DNA from: Camelus ferus
Taxonomy: Eukaryota
Assembly (NCBI RefSeq): GCF_009834535.1
Contig: NC_045697.1
Location: forward strand, 79,610,001-79,674,000
Direction of reading: 5' to 3'
Length of the DNA: 64,000 nucleotides
The notes under the pieces were generated by a model. The model was not told the DNA's origin. It worked only from the letters and a program-made list of their open reading frames with translations, and made no database searches. Below are positions 12,213 to 25,262 of the stretch, piece by piece. The translations under genes and the position numbers were made by a program. Numbering within the stretch: the first letter of the stretch is position 1; every line of letters starts with the position of its first letter.

Positions 12213-12336
12213 AACTTAAGTTTTACTGACTTATAATCGACATACAAACTTCTAAGATATTTAAAGTGTACATCTTGGAGATTTGGTACATGTATACATT
12301 GTGAAAGGAATCTCCCATCTAGTTAATTAACGCATT
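12213..12336 (-). mobile_element. L1MA-like 3' tail
   Basis: atatttaaagtgtacatc...tatacattgtgaaagga...ctagttaattaac; degenerate TSD ggtaaggattttttaa / gataagaattgtttaa. Confidence 0.7.
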
Positions 12337-15202
12337 GATAAGAATTGTTTAAGATTTTGTTTTGACGGGCATTGCCTATATCTGCATCTATGACTTCCCT
12401 TTTGTGTTCTTCCACCACTGATGAATTCTAATTCAAAATAGTGTATTCTTACTTCAGATAAATTCATATAGTAAATGAGATCTCAGAATGTTAATGATCT
12501 CAGAAACTTGCCACCCATTCATTAAACAAATATTGTCAAGTCATGAGACTTACATTCCTTCTCTTTATTTTAACTTCTGCTACTCTACCTCTTTAAGATG
12601 ACTTTGCACTATGGGCTGCTTTTATAGGTTAATTCTCCGAGGCAATCAAATTTCTCATTTGTGACTGTTAACATTAAGTACTTCCTGTAATACAAAAAAA
12701 TAGGCAATACCTTTTATTAGGGTTTTAGAAAAGGGAGAAAGACATGTTAAGTTCATCAGGTGATTACAGTCTTGAAGTCCACACCTCCAAGATTTTTTTT
12801 TTCTAATGTTTACTTGGTCGAAAGTGATTCATGAACTCATGCTGTATTTTGAAATCATATAAAAACAACTGGGTGCTATGCTGATGGCCCTTTAATTCGA
12901 ATGATTGCTAGGAGTAGAAACTAGGGATTTGTTAGCCTTAGAAATGGCATTAGCTGAGACCTGTGCGTTGTGATGGCTTTGGTCCACCCAGTGTACAGGA
13001 AACTTCATTTGTTGCCAAAGTAATGGGGAGAACTCTAGCTCAGGATTTTAAGTCATAATCTCTCATGTATATAGTCCTGAAACTAATGTGGAGAGTTTTA
13101 AAAACTGCAGTAAAGAAATTAACCTTCCCATCTTTCATTTTCTCAAAACTTTTTGAGAGCTCTGTTGCTTGCAATTACAGTGAATTTTGGTTTATATCAA
13201 ACTCACAGCTGTAGAAGGTGTCAATGAGAATGCTTGTGTATTGTTTTTAATTCAGGTTTGTTTTTTAAATCTCTTTTAAAAACATTTCTGGGTATATGAA
13301 AAGCATTACTGTGTCACATAAAGAGGATGGACTTTGTTGCAGTAATTTCATACTGCAGTTTCACCCATGAGAAATAGATGAATGAAATACTTATGGAATG
13401 GTGAGGGCAAAACAAAGTGTGATGTGGGGATGTGGAGGTGGGAGCATCGTGAATCAAGTTGAATGAAGTTTCGCTGCAGTTAGAATTTATAAAAAGTGAA
13501 ATGATAGGAAATACTATAGATATCTAATTAAATTACACACCATAACCTTAGAAGTATACATAGTCACTTACCTAAGATTAATTTCCTGACATAATACTTG
13601 AAACACTGAAGATAAATGAGTTTCACATATTTCCTTACAGCTCTAAAAAGTTCTATGATTTGTAGGATTGGTCTACTAGGCTTCTTATACATTCATTCCA
13701 AAAAAGTCATGCTCCAAGTTTTAAAGAAATTAAGTACCCTGTTATTTTCCATAGAAATGTGCATTTCAATTGTTTAATAATGTTTTGTGGGAAATTAAGA
13801 TTAATTACACACAGGTACACACACACACACTTTTGGCTTTAAATCTTGGGTGGATCATTTTACTACATTTATGAAGCATTTTAACAAGAGTCAGCACTGC
13901 TGTTTTTCTTAACACCAGCCATAACTATTTTTTAAATTGGGATGTGGTATATGGAACAGCAAAGAAAAAATATGTTTTGGAGAATTAAATATTCTTAACT
14001 ATTTGCTATTTGGCATCTACTTTGTGACTGTATTTTATGTCCTCTTACTACTTGTAAATCCTGGGTGGAAAAAATCCTTAAGCAGTGTGATACAATGGGT
14101 GCTGCTTATCCAGCTGCTGGGTCAGAACATCAAAATCTTGATCATAGCAGAGGTCCTGTTAAAGTCCTAGTCAACATACCCGAGGGACCCATTTGTGTGA
14201 GATTATAGAATGACAATAAAAAGAGTGACTAAACCCAAACTTCAGAATAGGAACGACAGGAAGATGAGAATGCTTCAGGTACCTTAAACATAATTATATT
14301 TACATAGCAAACTAAGATTAATATATGGCATTGCTCTTTTATGTTCTTTTATTATGACTTGGTTATTGCTGAAAAATGATAAAAACATTAACAAAACAAG
14401 AGCAAAATGAAAATAATAAAGTTCATTTATTATCCAACCACCCAGAAATTAACAGTTAATTTTTGACATTAGCACTAGTATAAATGTCTTATATATTTTT
14501 CCTCATGTTTATTATTACTTTTTAAAGAGCTGGCAGCACTATGCTTTGATGTTAAAGTCTTAGATTTTTCTTAAAAGTGAGTTATGTCTAAAGGAAAACT
14601 ATGGTCTTTTCCTTTTCCCTCACAATTCTACTTTGTCTGTTGATAATCTTTTGTGGTGGTTTAATCTTGGTCTGTGTCAGAATAGTTACTTCTTTGTATC
14701 AAAGCTTATCATAAATTGTAAATAAATCTATGTTTCTGCAGTTACTTCAAACTTACTTTTCATGCAGTTAAAAAATTATTTGTATTTCTATAGGTCTAGC
14801 TATTTCCCAGATCCACACTATACTTGGTTTCTAAGTTCTTCAATCTACTTCAAAAGACCTTATGTTTTGTCTGTAATGTACTTCTTTCTGCTTTCACAAT
14901 GATTTTCCTTTTTGAGGTATTTTAATTTTTTCTTTCATTTTTTTCTTGAACTCTGCCAGCTCATGTTTTTTCTTCTTTGAAAATATTTCCTTATCTTCCC
15001 TAAGTACTTTCTACTTTGTGCTCTTATTTTATAAAGGCAATCACTTTTTAAAGTTTAAAAAAATTATATTAATATATTTGATTAATTTTGTCTCTTTTGG
15101 GGAGCATTTTTCTGGTCAATACTCTTAATTTGTTATTTATGTTATTTATTTCTTCTGTTTTTCCTTCATTTTTCACATTATTTTTGTATAAATTCTGTTT
15201 TA

Positions 15203-15930
15203 AAAAATTGAGATGTGATAGATAGACCATAAAATTCACCATTTTAAATCATACAATTCAGTGGGTTTTTTTTTTTTTTTTTTTTTTTTAGCATATTTAC
15301 AGTTGTTTGTGGTGTTCCCTTATGTTCCTTTCTTATTCCCTGTAAGATTGGTAGTAAAGTCTCCTTTTTTATTCCTGATTTTAGTAATTTGAGTTCTCTC
15401 TTTTTTCTTGGTCAATTTATTAAAAATTTGTCAGTTTGTTGACCTTTTCAAAGAACCTATTTTTGGTTTTGTTGATTTTTTTCCTCTTCTCTATTTTGCT
15501 TATTTATGCTCTAATCTCTATTATTTCTTTCCTTCTATTTGCTTTTGATTTAGTTTGCTCTTCTTTTTCTAATTTCTTAAGATGAAAGATTAGGTTGTTG
15601 ACTTGAAATTTTTTAACATAGACATTTACAGCTATAAATTTCCCACTGTTATCGTTGTATCCCATAAGTTTTGATGTGTTGTATTTTCATTTTAATTCAT
15701 CTCAAAGTATTATCTACTTTCCCTTGTAATTTTTTTTTGATCCATTGGTTATTAGAAGTATGTTGTTTATTTTCCTCATATGTTTGAATTTCTAAAATTT
15801 CTTCTGTTATAGGCTTCTAATTCATTTTATTGTGGTTGGAGGGTATACTTCATGTGATTTCATTCCTTTTAAGTTAATGACTTGTTTTATGGTGTAATAT
15901 ACTGTCTATCCTGGAGAATATTCCATGTGC
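15203..15930 (-). mobile_element. Old L1 (L1MB-like): 3' end joined to an ORF2 endonuclease/linker relic
   Basis: ccataaaattcaccattttaaatcatacaattcagtggg is the 3' end; ttttcaaagaacc and other ORF2 motifs follow; minus strand at 15904-15930 encodes AHGIFSRID (L1 APE endonuclease motif). Confidence 0.85.
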
Positions 15931-16083
15931 CAAATGACTTAGTGAACATTTAAAAATTCATATTTTAATTTTAAATATGATAAATAATGATAGATATAAC
16001 TCATAAACTAAAGCTTTTTGAGGTTCCCAGTAACTTTTAAGAATGTGAACAGGTACTAAGCTGAAAATGATTGATAACCATTG
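15931..16083 (+). mobile_element. Charlie1-like hAT transposon, right end
   Basis: gatagatataactcataaactaaagctttttgaggttcccagtaacttttaagaatgtg...ttgataaccattg. Confidence 0.7.
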
Positions 16084-17397
16084 ATCTAAAGGAATGGTGA
16101 GAAATGACTCTGGATATAAATTTGACTCTGATTATGAAAAATGGTGATTGCCTTGCCAGTAAGTATAGACTTTCCTCTGTAATCAATAGGAGTCAGTGAA
16201 AGTTTTTAGAAGGAATGAATAATTACATTATCTGCTGCATCCCTGGGGTGTAGAGCAGCCTTGTACTTAGAGCTCAGCAAATGTTTGTGGGTTGATAGTC
16301 TGAAGTGTGGATTGAAACATTGAGAGACCAGAGGCAAGAAAACCAGTTTGTTTTTAGAATTTTAGGCAAGAGATGTTTAGATGAATGAAAGCCATTCTGA
16401 TAAATTATGTTTCAACTCCAGTTACTTTTTAATTTCTCTTTATCATTAAAGCAAAGGTGAAATAGTCCCTAGATATTTGGGAGGTTTTCTCCTGTAGAAC
16501 ATTCATTGTCTTTCCAACAGTTTAAAGTGGTTTCTTGAATGAGTATAATCAGTCTTTGGCCAATGCTGTTTTTCAGATGTTTCTATTTTGAATAAATAGA
16601 AAGCCAATATGTAAACTGAGCACAAAACACCTTAAAGGTATTCACTATGGTGATAATCACAGTATCTCTTTCAAATAGTGAATCCTGCTTGGAGTTTCTT
16701 AACTGCTTTGAAACATATCAATTTAAATCGATGTAACTTTGCATATATTGTGGGGGTATTTTGAGATTTTGCAGCCTATGAATCAGGATTCCAAAAGAGA
16801 GCAGCTAGCTGGCACACTGAAAATAGGATTAATTAGGGAGAGGTTTTATTTATGTTGAAACTATTTACAGAGGTAAATAAAGAGGAAGAGGAAACCAGAG
16901 GAATGGCAGATATTTTAAAAGCAGGAAAAAAAATACGTGTGGGTTAGAGGGCACAGGTATAGGCTTTAACTTTGAGATGAGGCGTACCACTTCCTTCAAC
17001 CCTGCAAGGAAGGATTAAACAAACAGACATAAAAATGGATATATCGCAATGAAAAGGTGATGGGAAAGCACATGCTGCTTATCTGGGACTGGACTAACTC
17101 TTGCCTTTGATTCTCACAAGACCTGTTGGCTGGTAAGGGGGAGAAGTTATCCTCATCCTCTAGTCAAACAGCAAGTAGTTTAATTTGCTTATTGTAGACA
17201 CAGAGACACCCATACAGGTCTACATGGGGTTAATCTTCCTCTCCCCATACACCCAGGTGTCAGGTAACACACACTGCGGTGTCCAGGATCACTGATGTAC
17301 CCCATCCCCATTAGCCGAGATATTTTGTGGCACTGGAGAGATGAGAAGTGCAGTCTGGTTGTTCTGAAAATGACACAGATCTATTTACTTAACCTAT

Positions 17398-17708
17398 AAT
17401 TTTAAAATAGCTTTATGAAGTTATATACATTATATTTAATATGCAGAATTTGGTAAATTTTGACATGTATGGACAACCATGAAACCATTATCACAATCAA
17501 TATGGTGATCATATCCATCACCCCAAGTGTTTCCTCATGCCCCTTTGTGTGATTCCCCACCCCCCCACCCCATCCTGCCCCTCCTCTACCCCCAGGCTTG
17601 TTGTCACTATAGATTGATTTGCATTTATAATGTTATATAAATGGAATTACACAATCTACTTTTTTTCATCTGACTTCTACTCAACATAATTATTTTGAGA
17701 TTTGTCTA
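17398..17708 (-). mobile_element. L1M (L1MC/MD-like) 3' UTR
   Basis: ccatgaaaccattatcacaatcaa...atatccatcacccc...atataaatggaattacac...actcaacataattattttgagattt. Confidence 0.8.
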
Positions 17709-17759
17709 GGAAAAATATTAAAATACGAGTTAGACTCTCAGTTGAAATCAACCCTTTCA

Positions 17760-18980
17760 CCTGCTTTTGGTGAACATTCTGTCCCATTTCCTTCTGGTTT
17801 AGTATCTTTTTCTTATCAATTTTCAACTTCTCTACCCAACAATCTCCTCTGCCTTCCTATGAATACATGACTTTTGTTTCCCTTCATTGAGATAAATAAG
17901 CCTTCAGAACAAAACTACATTACTTTCTCCCCATTTTTACCTTTTGTTCTCTAGTCTCAGGGATGACAAGTCTGCCTGGGCTCTGTAGTATTCGTTCCCT
18001 TCTTTCTCATCACTTTTTGACTCTATCACCCGTCTCTTCTGTCTTCTGTACCTTTAATTTCTTTCCACCATTGCCTCATTTCCCTAAGCCTGTAAGTCTT
18101 TCTCATCCTAAAATAAAAATGTTAACAACAATCAGAACAACCACAGTAATTAAATAGAAGAATGTCTGCTGTCTGTACTTCCTCCCTACTACCTCATCTC
18201 TCTTGCCTTGCTTGGTCAAGATTCTTTAAAGTACGGTCTAAACAGATCTGGCTACAGAATTTGCAGAGCTCAGTACAAAAGGAAAATACGAGGTCTCTTG
18301 CTCAAAATTTTTCGGGATTTCTAGATGGCAACAGCAGATTAGTAAACCAAGTGTGGGCACTGGGGCTTGTGTAACTTCATAGGTTGCATGTCATGAAGTT
18401 GACTCTGGGTCTATACGCCTCACTTCTACTCACTGAGTGCCCATTCACCTCTCACCCCGCTGCAAGCTATCTTTGACCTCCTTCTTAATGCCATGTGGGA
18501 TTATCACCCAGCTAAAATCAGTGAATAGTTTTCAGTTCTTATTTTGAACTTTTGCATTACCTAATCTTGCTATATATTTCCATTCCCAACTCCCTTTCAT
18601 GCATTGTGGTTGCTAGAAAATTATCCCTTGAGTGAATGAATGGGGTCATTCTTGGACTTCTGCTCACTGGATTCTCAGGATCCTACAGTCTTCTCACTCC
18701 ATACCTTTACCCTAGTCCTTCCAGGTTTTCACGTAAGCTTGTGACTTCAAAATCTATATGTAAACTAGTCTAACTCTTCCCCTAACTTTAGGCTCACACA
18801 CACACACACACTCACACACACACACACAGAAATACATATTTGTTGTCTCTGAGATATCATTACTTGGCTGATCAATCGATACTTCAAATTCAACATTTCC
18901 CAAATCAAACTCATTTTTATCCCCTACTCCAAAGTTTTCTTTTTCTCCTGTGGTTCTTATTTTTAAATGGCATATCTGGG
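17760..18980 (+). mobile_element. Decayed L2 LINE fragments (interrupted by MER45A and a (CA)n tract)
   Basis: Pyrimidine-rich L2 motifs: gatatcattacttggctg...acttcaaattcaacatttcccaaatcaaactcat. Confidence 0.55.
18243..18407 (-). mobile_element. MER45A-like hAT-Tip100 MITE
   Basis: Ends cagatctggctacagaatttgc...catgaagttgactctg; 8-bp TSD ggtctaaa / ggtctata. Confidence 0.82.
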
Positions 18981-19166
18981 CACAAAATACTAGGGAGGAA
19001 TCCCTGAGGGAGAAGTTGTATTTTCTGACCAGTGTAAGGAGCTCAGGAAAGATGACAAGTCTGAAATAGGGCTTGAAAGGTGACTAAATTTGGAAAGATG
19101 TAAGTAAGGTGGAATTTGCGTAACAGATAAGACATTTTTCTTCTCTTGGAAAAAAAAAGATAGGAT

Positions 19167-19655
19167 TATGGTAACCAATTTCTAAGACAGTGTCTAATGA
19201 TTCCCACCTCCTGATATTTACACCCTGTGTAGTACTTGTGAACATATAGGATATTGCTGAAATAATGAAATTTGACTTCTGAGGCGGGGTTGTAAAAGAT
19301 ATGCGAGTTCTCGCTTGTTCTTTTGGATCATTAGCTCTAGAGGAGGCTACCTTCCTTGGTGTGGGGCATCAAGCAGCTCTGTAGAGAGGTCATCTGTTGA
19401 GGAATTGAGGCCTCCAGACAAGAGCCATGTGAATGTCTCTTCTTGGATGCAGATCCTCTACCCCAGGCAAACCTTCAGATGCTTGTAGTACTGGCCTCTG
19501 TTTTGATGCAACTTCCTGAGAGACCCTGAGACAGAATCACCCAACCACACCATTCAAATCCCTGACCCACAGAAACCATGAAATGATAAATGTTTATTGT
19601 TCTAAACCATTAAGTTTTAGAGTAATTTGTTACATAGCAATACATAACTAATGCA
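19167..19655 (+). mobile_element. MLT1F-like MaLR LTR
   Basis: aatgattcccacctcctgatatttacaccctgtgtagt...cctgacccacagaaacc...taatttgttacatagcaatacataactaatgca. Confidence 0.88.
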
Positions 19656-20034
19656 GAAGGCTTTTTGTTGTACACATTTTTAGAGGTATTGAACTTTTGA
19701 ACCATGGGAGTATATTATCTGTAAAACAAACACAACAGCAACTACAAAGGGAGCTCTGAAAATGAAATCCCTGCCTAAACCCCCCAATGGTTTCCCATTG
19801 CACTGAGAATTCCTTGCACTTACCCATCTATGTGATCTGGTTCCTGCTTCCCACTTCTGCATCTCCAGCCAGGAGATACTTAGTGCTGGTTCCCCTGGAC
19901 TTTCATCTATGTTCTGACATTTCAGAATTTCAGGATCAACAAAGATCAGCCTCTTGAATTGAAACTCCAGCTGTATACCCTAAAGCAGCTCTTTAATGAA
20001 AGTGATATCCCCTCCGTGTTTCTAGCACAGTGGG

Positions 20035-20059
20035 ACACACACACACACACACACACACA
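20035..20059. repeat. (CA)n microsatellite
   Basis: Read directly; it abuts an old L1 3' end. Confidence 0.95.
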
Positions 20060-20330
20060 TTTACAGCTTTATAGAGGTATAATTAAAATAAACTAAACTA
20101 CATATTTCAAGCATATGCTTTGATAAATTTAAAATACATCTGAAATCATCACTCTGCTCAAGATAGTGAACATATCTATTATGCTTAGAGTTTCCGCCAA
20201 GCCCCCTCCTCTCACTTCATCCCCGTCTTCTCCAAACTGCTTTGACATATGATGCTTCTCTGTATAAATTATAGAACATTTCCACCATTACAGAAAGTAC
20301 TATTGGAAAGTGGTTGTGTAAGTCTGTTAC
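20060..20330 (-). mobile_element. Old L1M 3' UTR fragment
   Basis: acagctttatagaggtataatt...caagatagtgaacatatctatt...atagaacatttccaccattacagaaagtactattgga. Confidence 0.65.
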
Positions 20331-21860
20331 AGAATACCCCATTGAATTTTGTTGTAGTTAATATACTAGTTGCTTACAAAGTCAGTGAGCGTTGGAACCT
20401 AATAGTGCAGGGAAACAATTCCATCCATTGACAGCTGCTGATGAGAGAGCTCTTGCGTTTTAGAGATCTGTTTGCCAGATAGGGTGAAATATAGGAAGTT
20501 TCCACCACTGTGCAGTGTGAAATGCCAACAGTAAAGCATCAGTTTCCTCCAGGAAACTAGCTCTTGACTGTAATTAGAAAAGTTAGCTTTTTAGGTTGAA
20601 AGAGAGATTTGAAGTTTTTGATTGAGGTGGGGGAAAAGCAGAACTTGTTGCATTCATTGAATTATTGCATACGAACTTGATCAGAGTATCCTCTGTTTAT
20701 ATCCTGTGATCCTCTTTCCTTTCCCTCTTTTCTCTATTTGGTTAGACCAGAGGTTGGTAACTTCCCTATAAATTCCTCAAAGAGATTGATGGAATTAGGA
20801 GGGGTCTTGTTCGGTCCCTTTCACCTTCACTTGGAGGCCTAGACTGAGGGGAAAATGGGATAATACAGTCTTTTCTTAGAGAATAGCTCTGATTTTATTT
20901 GTTTCTTGATAAAAAAGTTTATTATTAAAAATTAGATGTACAGATAAACTAAAAAAAGAAAGTAAAAATTATTAGTATGCTTAAATACAGGAATAACTAC
21001 TAAATATATATAGTTTTCAAATAATTATTGGTTTGTTAATTATTTTATGTTTAGTATAAAGCTGAATTCTCATTCTTTATAAGAATAAAAATACACTACA
21101 CATTTTAAGTCTTACTTACTTACTATATTGTGAATGTTTTAAGTTATCAACTATGTTCTATAGCAAAATTTAAAATAACCAATGGAACTATATACTGTCA
21201 TTTAATGACATTTGAATATATTAGCTGCTATGAATACATACTTCTTTTCCCTAACGTTCTGACCCTTGAATTGTTTTTACAGTCCCACATTTAGGGAAAT
21301 TTATACAGAAGTTATTTCCAGCAATGTTAGGGGCAAGATTGCCAGCTTAGAAAAGAAGATAATATTAAATCTTTTTTTCAGTTGCTGAAATAGTCATTAG
21401 TAGTTTAAACGTATTTTCAAACTCTGAATGGTGTTTACTAATTGGAATGGTTGGAAATTGGAATGATCTGGGGAATGGAATTTGACAGCTGTCCAGTGGT
21501 TCAGAATAATAAGAATGTTGGTTTAGGATTGGACTCAAAGGATGCCATATCTCACTGAAAATTTGGGCAACTTTATGTAGGCGAAACAGAATTACCCAAA
21601 CTAGAATTAAGCAAGAATACCAGGTCTAATGCATCAATGTTTGAAAGATTGAAAAACAAAACAAAGCAAAAAAAAAAAAAAAAAAAAAAGAAAGAAACCA
21701 AAAACCCTAGATTCTGTTGATTCCATCACTTAATATAGGCTGAAAATATTTAATTTTTTTAGGAATTCTGAGAATATGAAAAATATTTCTAGACAAATTC
21801 CATGAAAATAACAGTGTCTTATACAAAGGATACAAACCTTTATTAGCTTGTAACAGGATA

Positions 21861-22519
21861 CAGTAAGTGCTCACAAAGTCATCAGGCTGGATTAACCTAA
21901 TGCTCCTTTCCCCTGGAGATTATGTTGAATGGGGCCAGAGTGCGCTGAATACATGTGGCTAGGGACCACTGTCTGGTTTGCCTGGGAGTTGTGTGCTGAC
22001 TCACAGTCAGGTGTGTTTCTGGCTACTTGTATTTGTTATTATAATTAGGCAAACTGATTAAATGGTACATAGGTAGAGGAAACATATTTGAAAAAAGGTT
22101 AGTTCTATGAAAAATGAAATGCTTTAATAAAGATGAGTCAATGTGGACCAGAAACTGTAAAAGATTAGAGAGATGTTCCTCTTAAATCTTGAAGGATCTG
22201 TATTCAGATTGCCTCACATTTGGCTTGACATGTTCCCTCCACTTAAAGAAGCTGAAATTTGAAATAGTAGACTATCCATTGAAGATGTGGTTTAGCTACG
22301 AAGAAGACTGGGAACTCCATATTGTAGACATGAAATTAAACAAAGGGTCTTGGCCCTATTTAATAAAATGGTGAATAAATGAATGTTTAATTAAAATAAA
22401 ATATTTAAGCTATTTATGTATCTTTTAAAATAATTCTCCATCCTAAGTTTTTCAATTTGTCAGTCAACACCTAGACCTGATTACTCTACATTAGGAGATA
22501 AGAGAGTGAGTTTACGCTG
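21861..22519 (+). mobile_element. Tigger13a-like TcMar-Tigger element with a decayed CENP-B-type HTH coding relic
   Basis: ta|cagtaagtgctcac...gtgagtttacgctg degenerate TIRs; aactgtaaaagatt...tcagattgc...aagaagctgaaatttgaaatagtagac; ORF 22189-22374 contains LKKLKFEIVDYPLKMWF. Confidence 0.75.
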
Positions 22520-22846
22520 TGAGTGATTTTCAGTAGAGATTAAAAACAAAAAAAAGATTCAGTGAGGGTTCAACCACATTTAGTCTCATTTCATAAATTC
22601 CCCTGAGTGACTATGAAAATGTGACTTAGCCTCATCAATGCTTTTGGTAAGTAATTACAGAGAAACTTGAAATTCTGGTAAAAGATTTTCAAAAAAGTGA
22701 TAGACAATAATATGAATTTACAGTCTTTAAAATTCTCTCTAGTAGTCTTATCACAAAAATGAAACAAACTGACCTATTTTGACTTAACTTTTTAAACTTG
22801 TTGGTCTGTGGGTAATAGACTAGATTAGAAGTCTCAGTTTTTTAGA

Positions 22847-23172
22847 CTATGGGTTGCAACTTTTTTGGTGAAGAACCAAGAAATAAATATTTTTGGCTTT
22901 GTGGATTATATGGTTACTACTCAATTCTACTCTTGTACCAAAAACAGCTATAGACAACACATAAATGAGTCAGGATAGTTGTGCTCCAATAAAACTTTAT
23001 TTATGGGCACTGAAATTTGACTTTCACATAATTTTCACATGTCATGATATATTATTCTCTTTCAGATTTTTTGGCAACCATTTAAAAATATAAAAACCAT
23101 TTTTAGCCCACAGGCTGTTAAAAAAATGCAGTAGGCTGGATTTGGCCCTAGACCCCTTGTTTGCTACCCCCC
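22847..23172 (+). mobile_element. MER58B-like hAT-Charlie MITE
   Basis: ccaataaaactttatttatgggcactgaaatttgactttcacataattttcacatgtcatga...ggctggatttggccc...gtttgctacccc. Confidence 0.88.
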
Positions 23173-23179
23173 AATCTAG

Positions 23180-23595
23180 ATCTCATTCTAGTTTTCCGAC
23201 ATTGCCTTTTCATGACCTAATCAGAATGTTTCAGTATCACAGAAGCACATTGTGTTCATATTTGCTTACACATTTTTCACTCATATTTTTCTTGCCTGGA
23301 ATAACTTCTGTTGTATCTTCTAATCCAGAATTAGCTTATTTCCTCTGTCCTTCCTCGTAAGTTTTCCTAGCTTCTCTCAGGAGTCTCGCTGGCCTTCAAA
23401 TTCTTTTCAGTACCTTCAGTCTCTTTTCTGTGAATAGTGGGAATTATTCCTTTATTATTTCAAATCTGTGAGCTTTGATTCTTTTGATTATAACTTCTCT
23501 GATCAGAGATCATGTATTATGCTCCCTCTAATTCCCCTCAGCATAGTTCTGAGCACATGGAAGGATACATGCTTATTAGATTGGCATGTTTGCTA
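23180..23595 (+). mobile_element. L2 3' fragment
   Basis: cttgcctggaataactt...attcccctcagcatagttctgagcacatggaaggatac. Confidence 0.55.
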
Positions 23596-23879
23596 TCAAA
23601 ATACAGTATTTATTATTCTTTCATTAAGTTTTAGAGCATTTTTATTTGGGTCTTTGGTCTCGATATCCTTTCCCCCTCACCTATCTTTACTTAATCTTTC
23701 TCCATTGAGTTACTTCCTCGCCCATAATCGTGCTCAAGTCTCCTCTTTATGAAAAACTAACAAGAGTAACAATAAAACTTTGTTTGTATTGGTATTCATC
23801 CATTCCTTCCTGAGTTAAGGAATTTGTTTTTACCCTGAGATAATATTTTTTGGGTATCATAGGATAGGGAGGAGGTGGC

Positions 23880-24570
23880 TCTGAGAACACTTTCCTGCCA
23901 TGACACATGGAGATGGAGCCCAAATGGAACACAGTCTTACTGGGCTTAGGAGGCAGAGATCAGAGATTGGGCCTGAAGAAGCAGCTGGACGTTTTAGGGT
24001 TCTGGAGAAGAGGAGGAGAGTCACAGAAGTCTTCTTAGAGACTCACTGTGCATCCTCAGCCAAAGGCAGCCCTGCATGTGTACCCAAGACTCCATGGGGC
24101 CTAGCAGAAAGTGCCTGCTGCAGGGCTGAGAGGTGCACATGATAGAGCTTGTGCTGTGCTGGGAGGTGTTTCAAGTTCTGGCCCAACAAGAATGGAGACA
24201 CTACATGAGACACCTTAAGTGTTCAATTGACCTCTTCAAAAGACTACATTTCATTGAGTGTGTGGAGAAGGGATGAGGACTATGCCTTAAATCTAAGGTC
24301 AAAATGAACAGACTTGCCCTAACAAAGAATGCAAAACTGATCCTGATGGGACCAAAAGTATCTGTGAATCACTTAACTGCTTTCCAAGAAAAAAAAAAAG
24401 CTTGACACACTTTACAGGAAGATGTCATAATCCAGACTTCCTACAATATATCACCCATGGTGTTCACCAGACATTAAAAATATTGCTAGTCATGTGGAGA
24501 AGTTGAATAAAACCTATGTTAAGAAATAGACACAGTCAATAGAAAGAGTACCTGAGATGACCCAGATATG
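23880..24570 (+). mobile_element. Old L1M 5' UTR / ORF1 start relic
   Basis: ttgccctaacaaag...cacttaactgctttccaagaa...cagtcaatagaaagagtacctgagatgacccagat. Confidence 0.6.
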
Positions 24571-25157
24571 GCCATCCCACAAAAACCCTGTAGTACCTTT
24601 TCCCTTTTTTTTTCAGTTAATATTTAATACATCCTTCAAGATCCTATTCAAATGGTAGAAAAATTTCAAGAGGCTGCCCTGAATTCCTCCTACTTGAAAT
24701 AATTTATTTCCTGTTTGACTTCTCACTGATTTATGTCTCTTCCATGGTACCTAATTGTATTACATTATAATTACCTCCATGTATATTTTATTTTCTTGGC
24801 TGAGGTCAGGGACTGCATTTCCATATCTTTTTAGCCACTAACATATTTACCTGCCAAAGTTGTATGGTAAGCACTCAAAAATTATTTTTGAATATATGAG
24901 TAAAAGATGTATGTGTTCTGTATTCGTCCTGTTTTAAAAATACTTACTTTTTGAAATCTTTGTATTTACTCGTGTATTTATATGTATGAGTGGAAAATCT
25001 TCCTCAGCGTTAGCATGAACTGTGAGTTTTCATAGAGGTTTCCATGAATTAACAGTCTAAAGTGATGGATCTTTTTTCCCTTTGTATGCATGAAAAAAGT
25101 AATAGCTTATTGTTCTTATCCTAAAATACTGAATATAAATTTATTTATTTATCTTTT

Positions 25158-25262
25158 CCACTAAAATGTAGGCTCCTTGAGGATAGAGACTTTGTTTGTA
25201 TTCCCCAGTATTTTCAACAATTTGTGGCACATAGTATATGCTTCATAAATATTTGTTAAATT
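25158..25262 (+). mobile_element. L2a 3' terminus
   Basis: ccactaaaatgtaggctccttgaggatagagactttg...tggcacatagtatatgcttcataaatatttgttaaat. Confidence 0.8.

Noticed and set aside
21651..21705. Orphan poly-A tract as the tail of a processed pseudogene
   Set aside because: No recognisable upstream mRNA body and no TSD.
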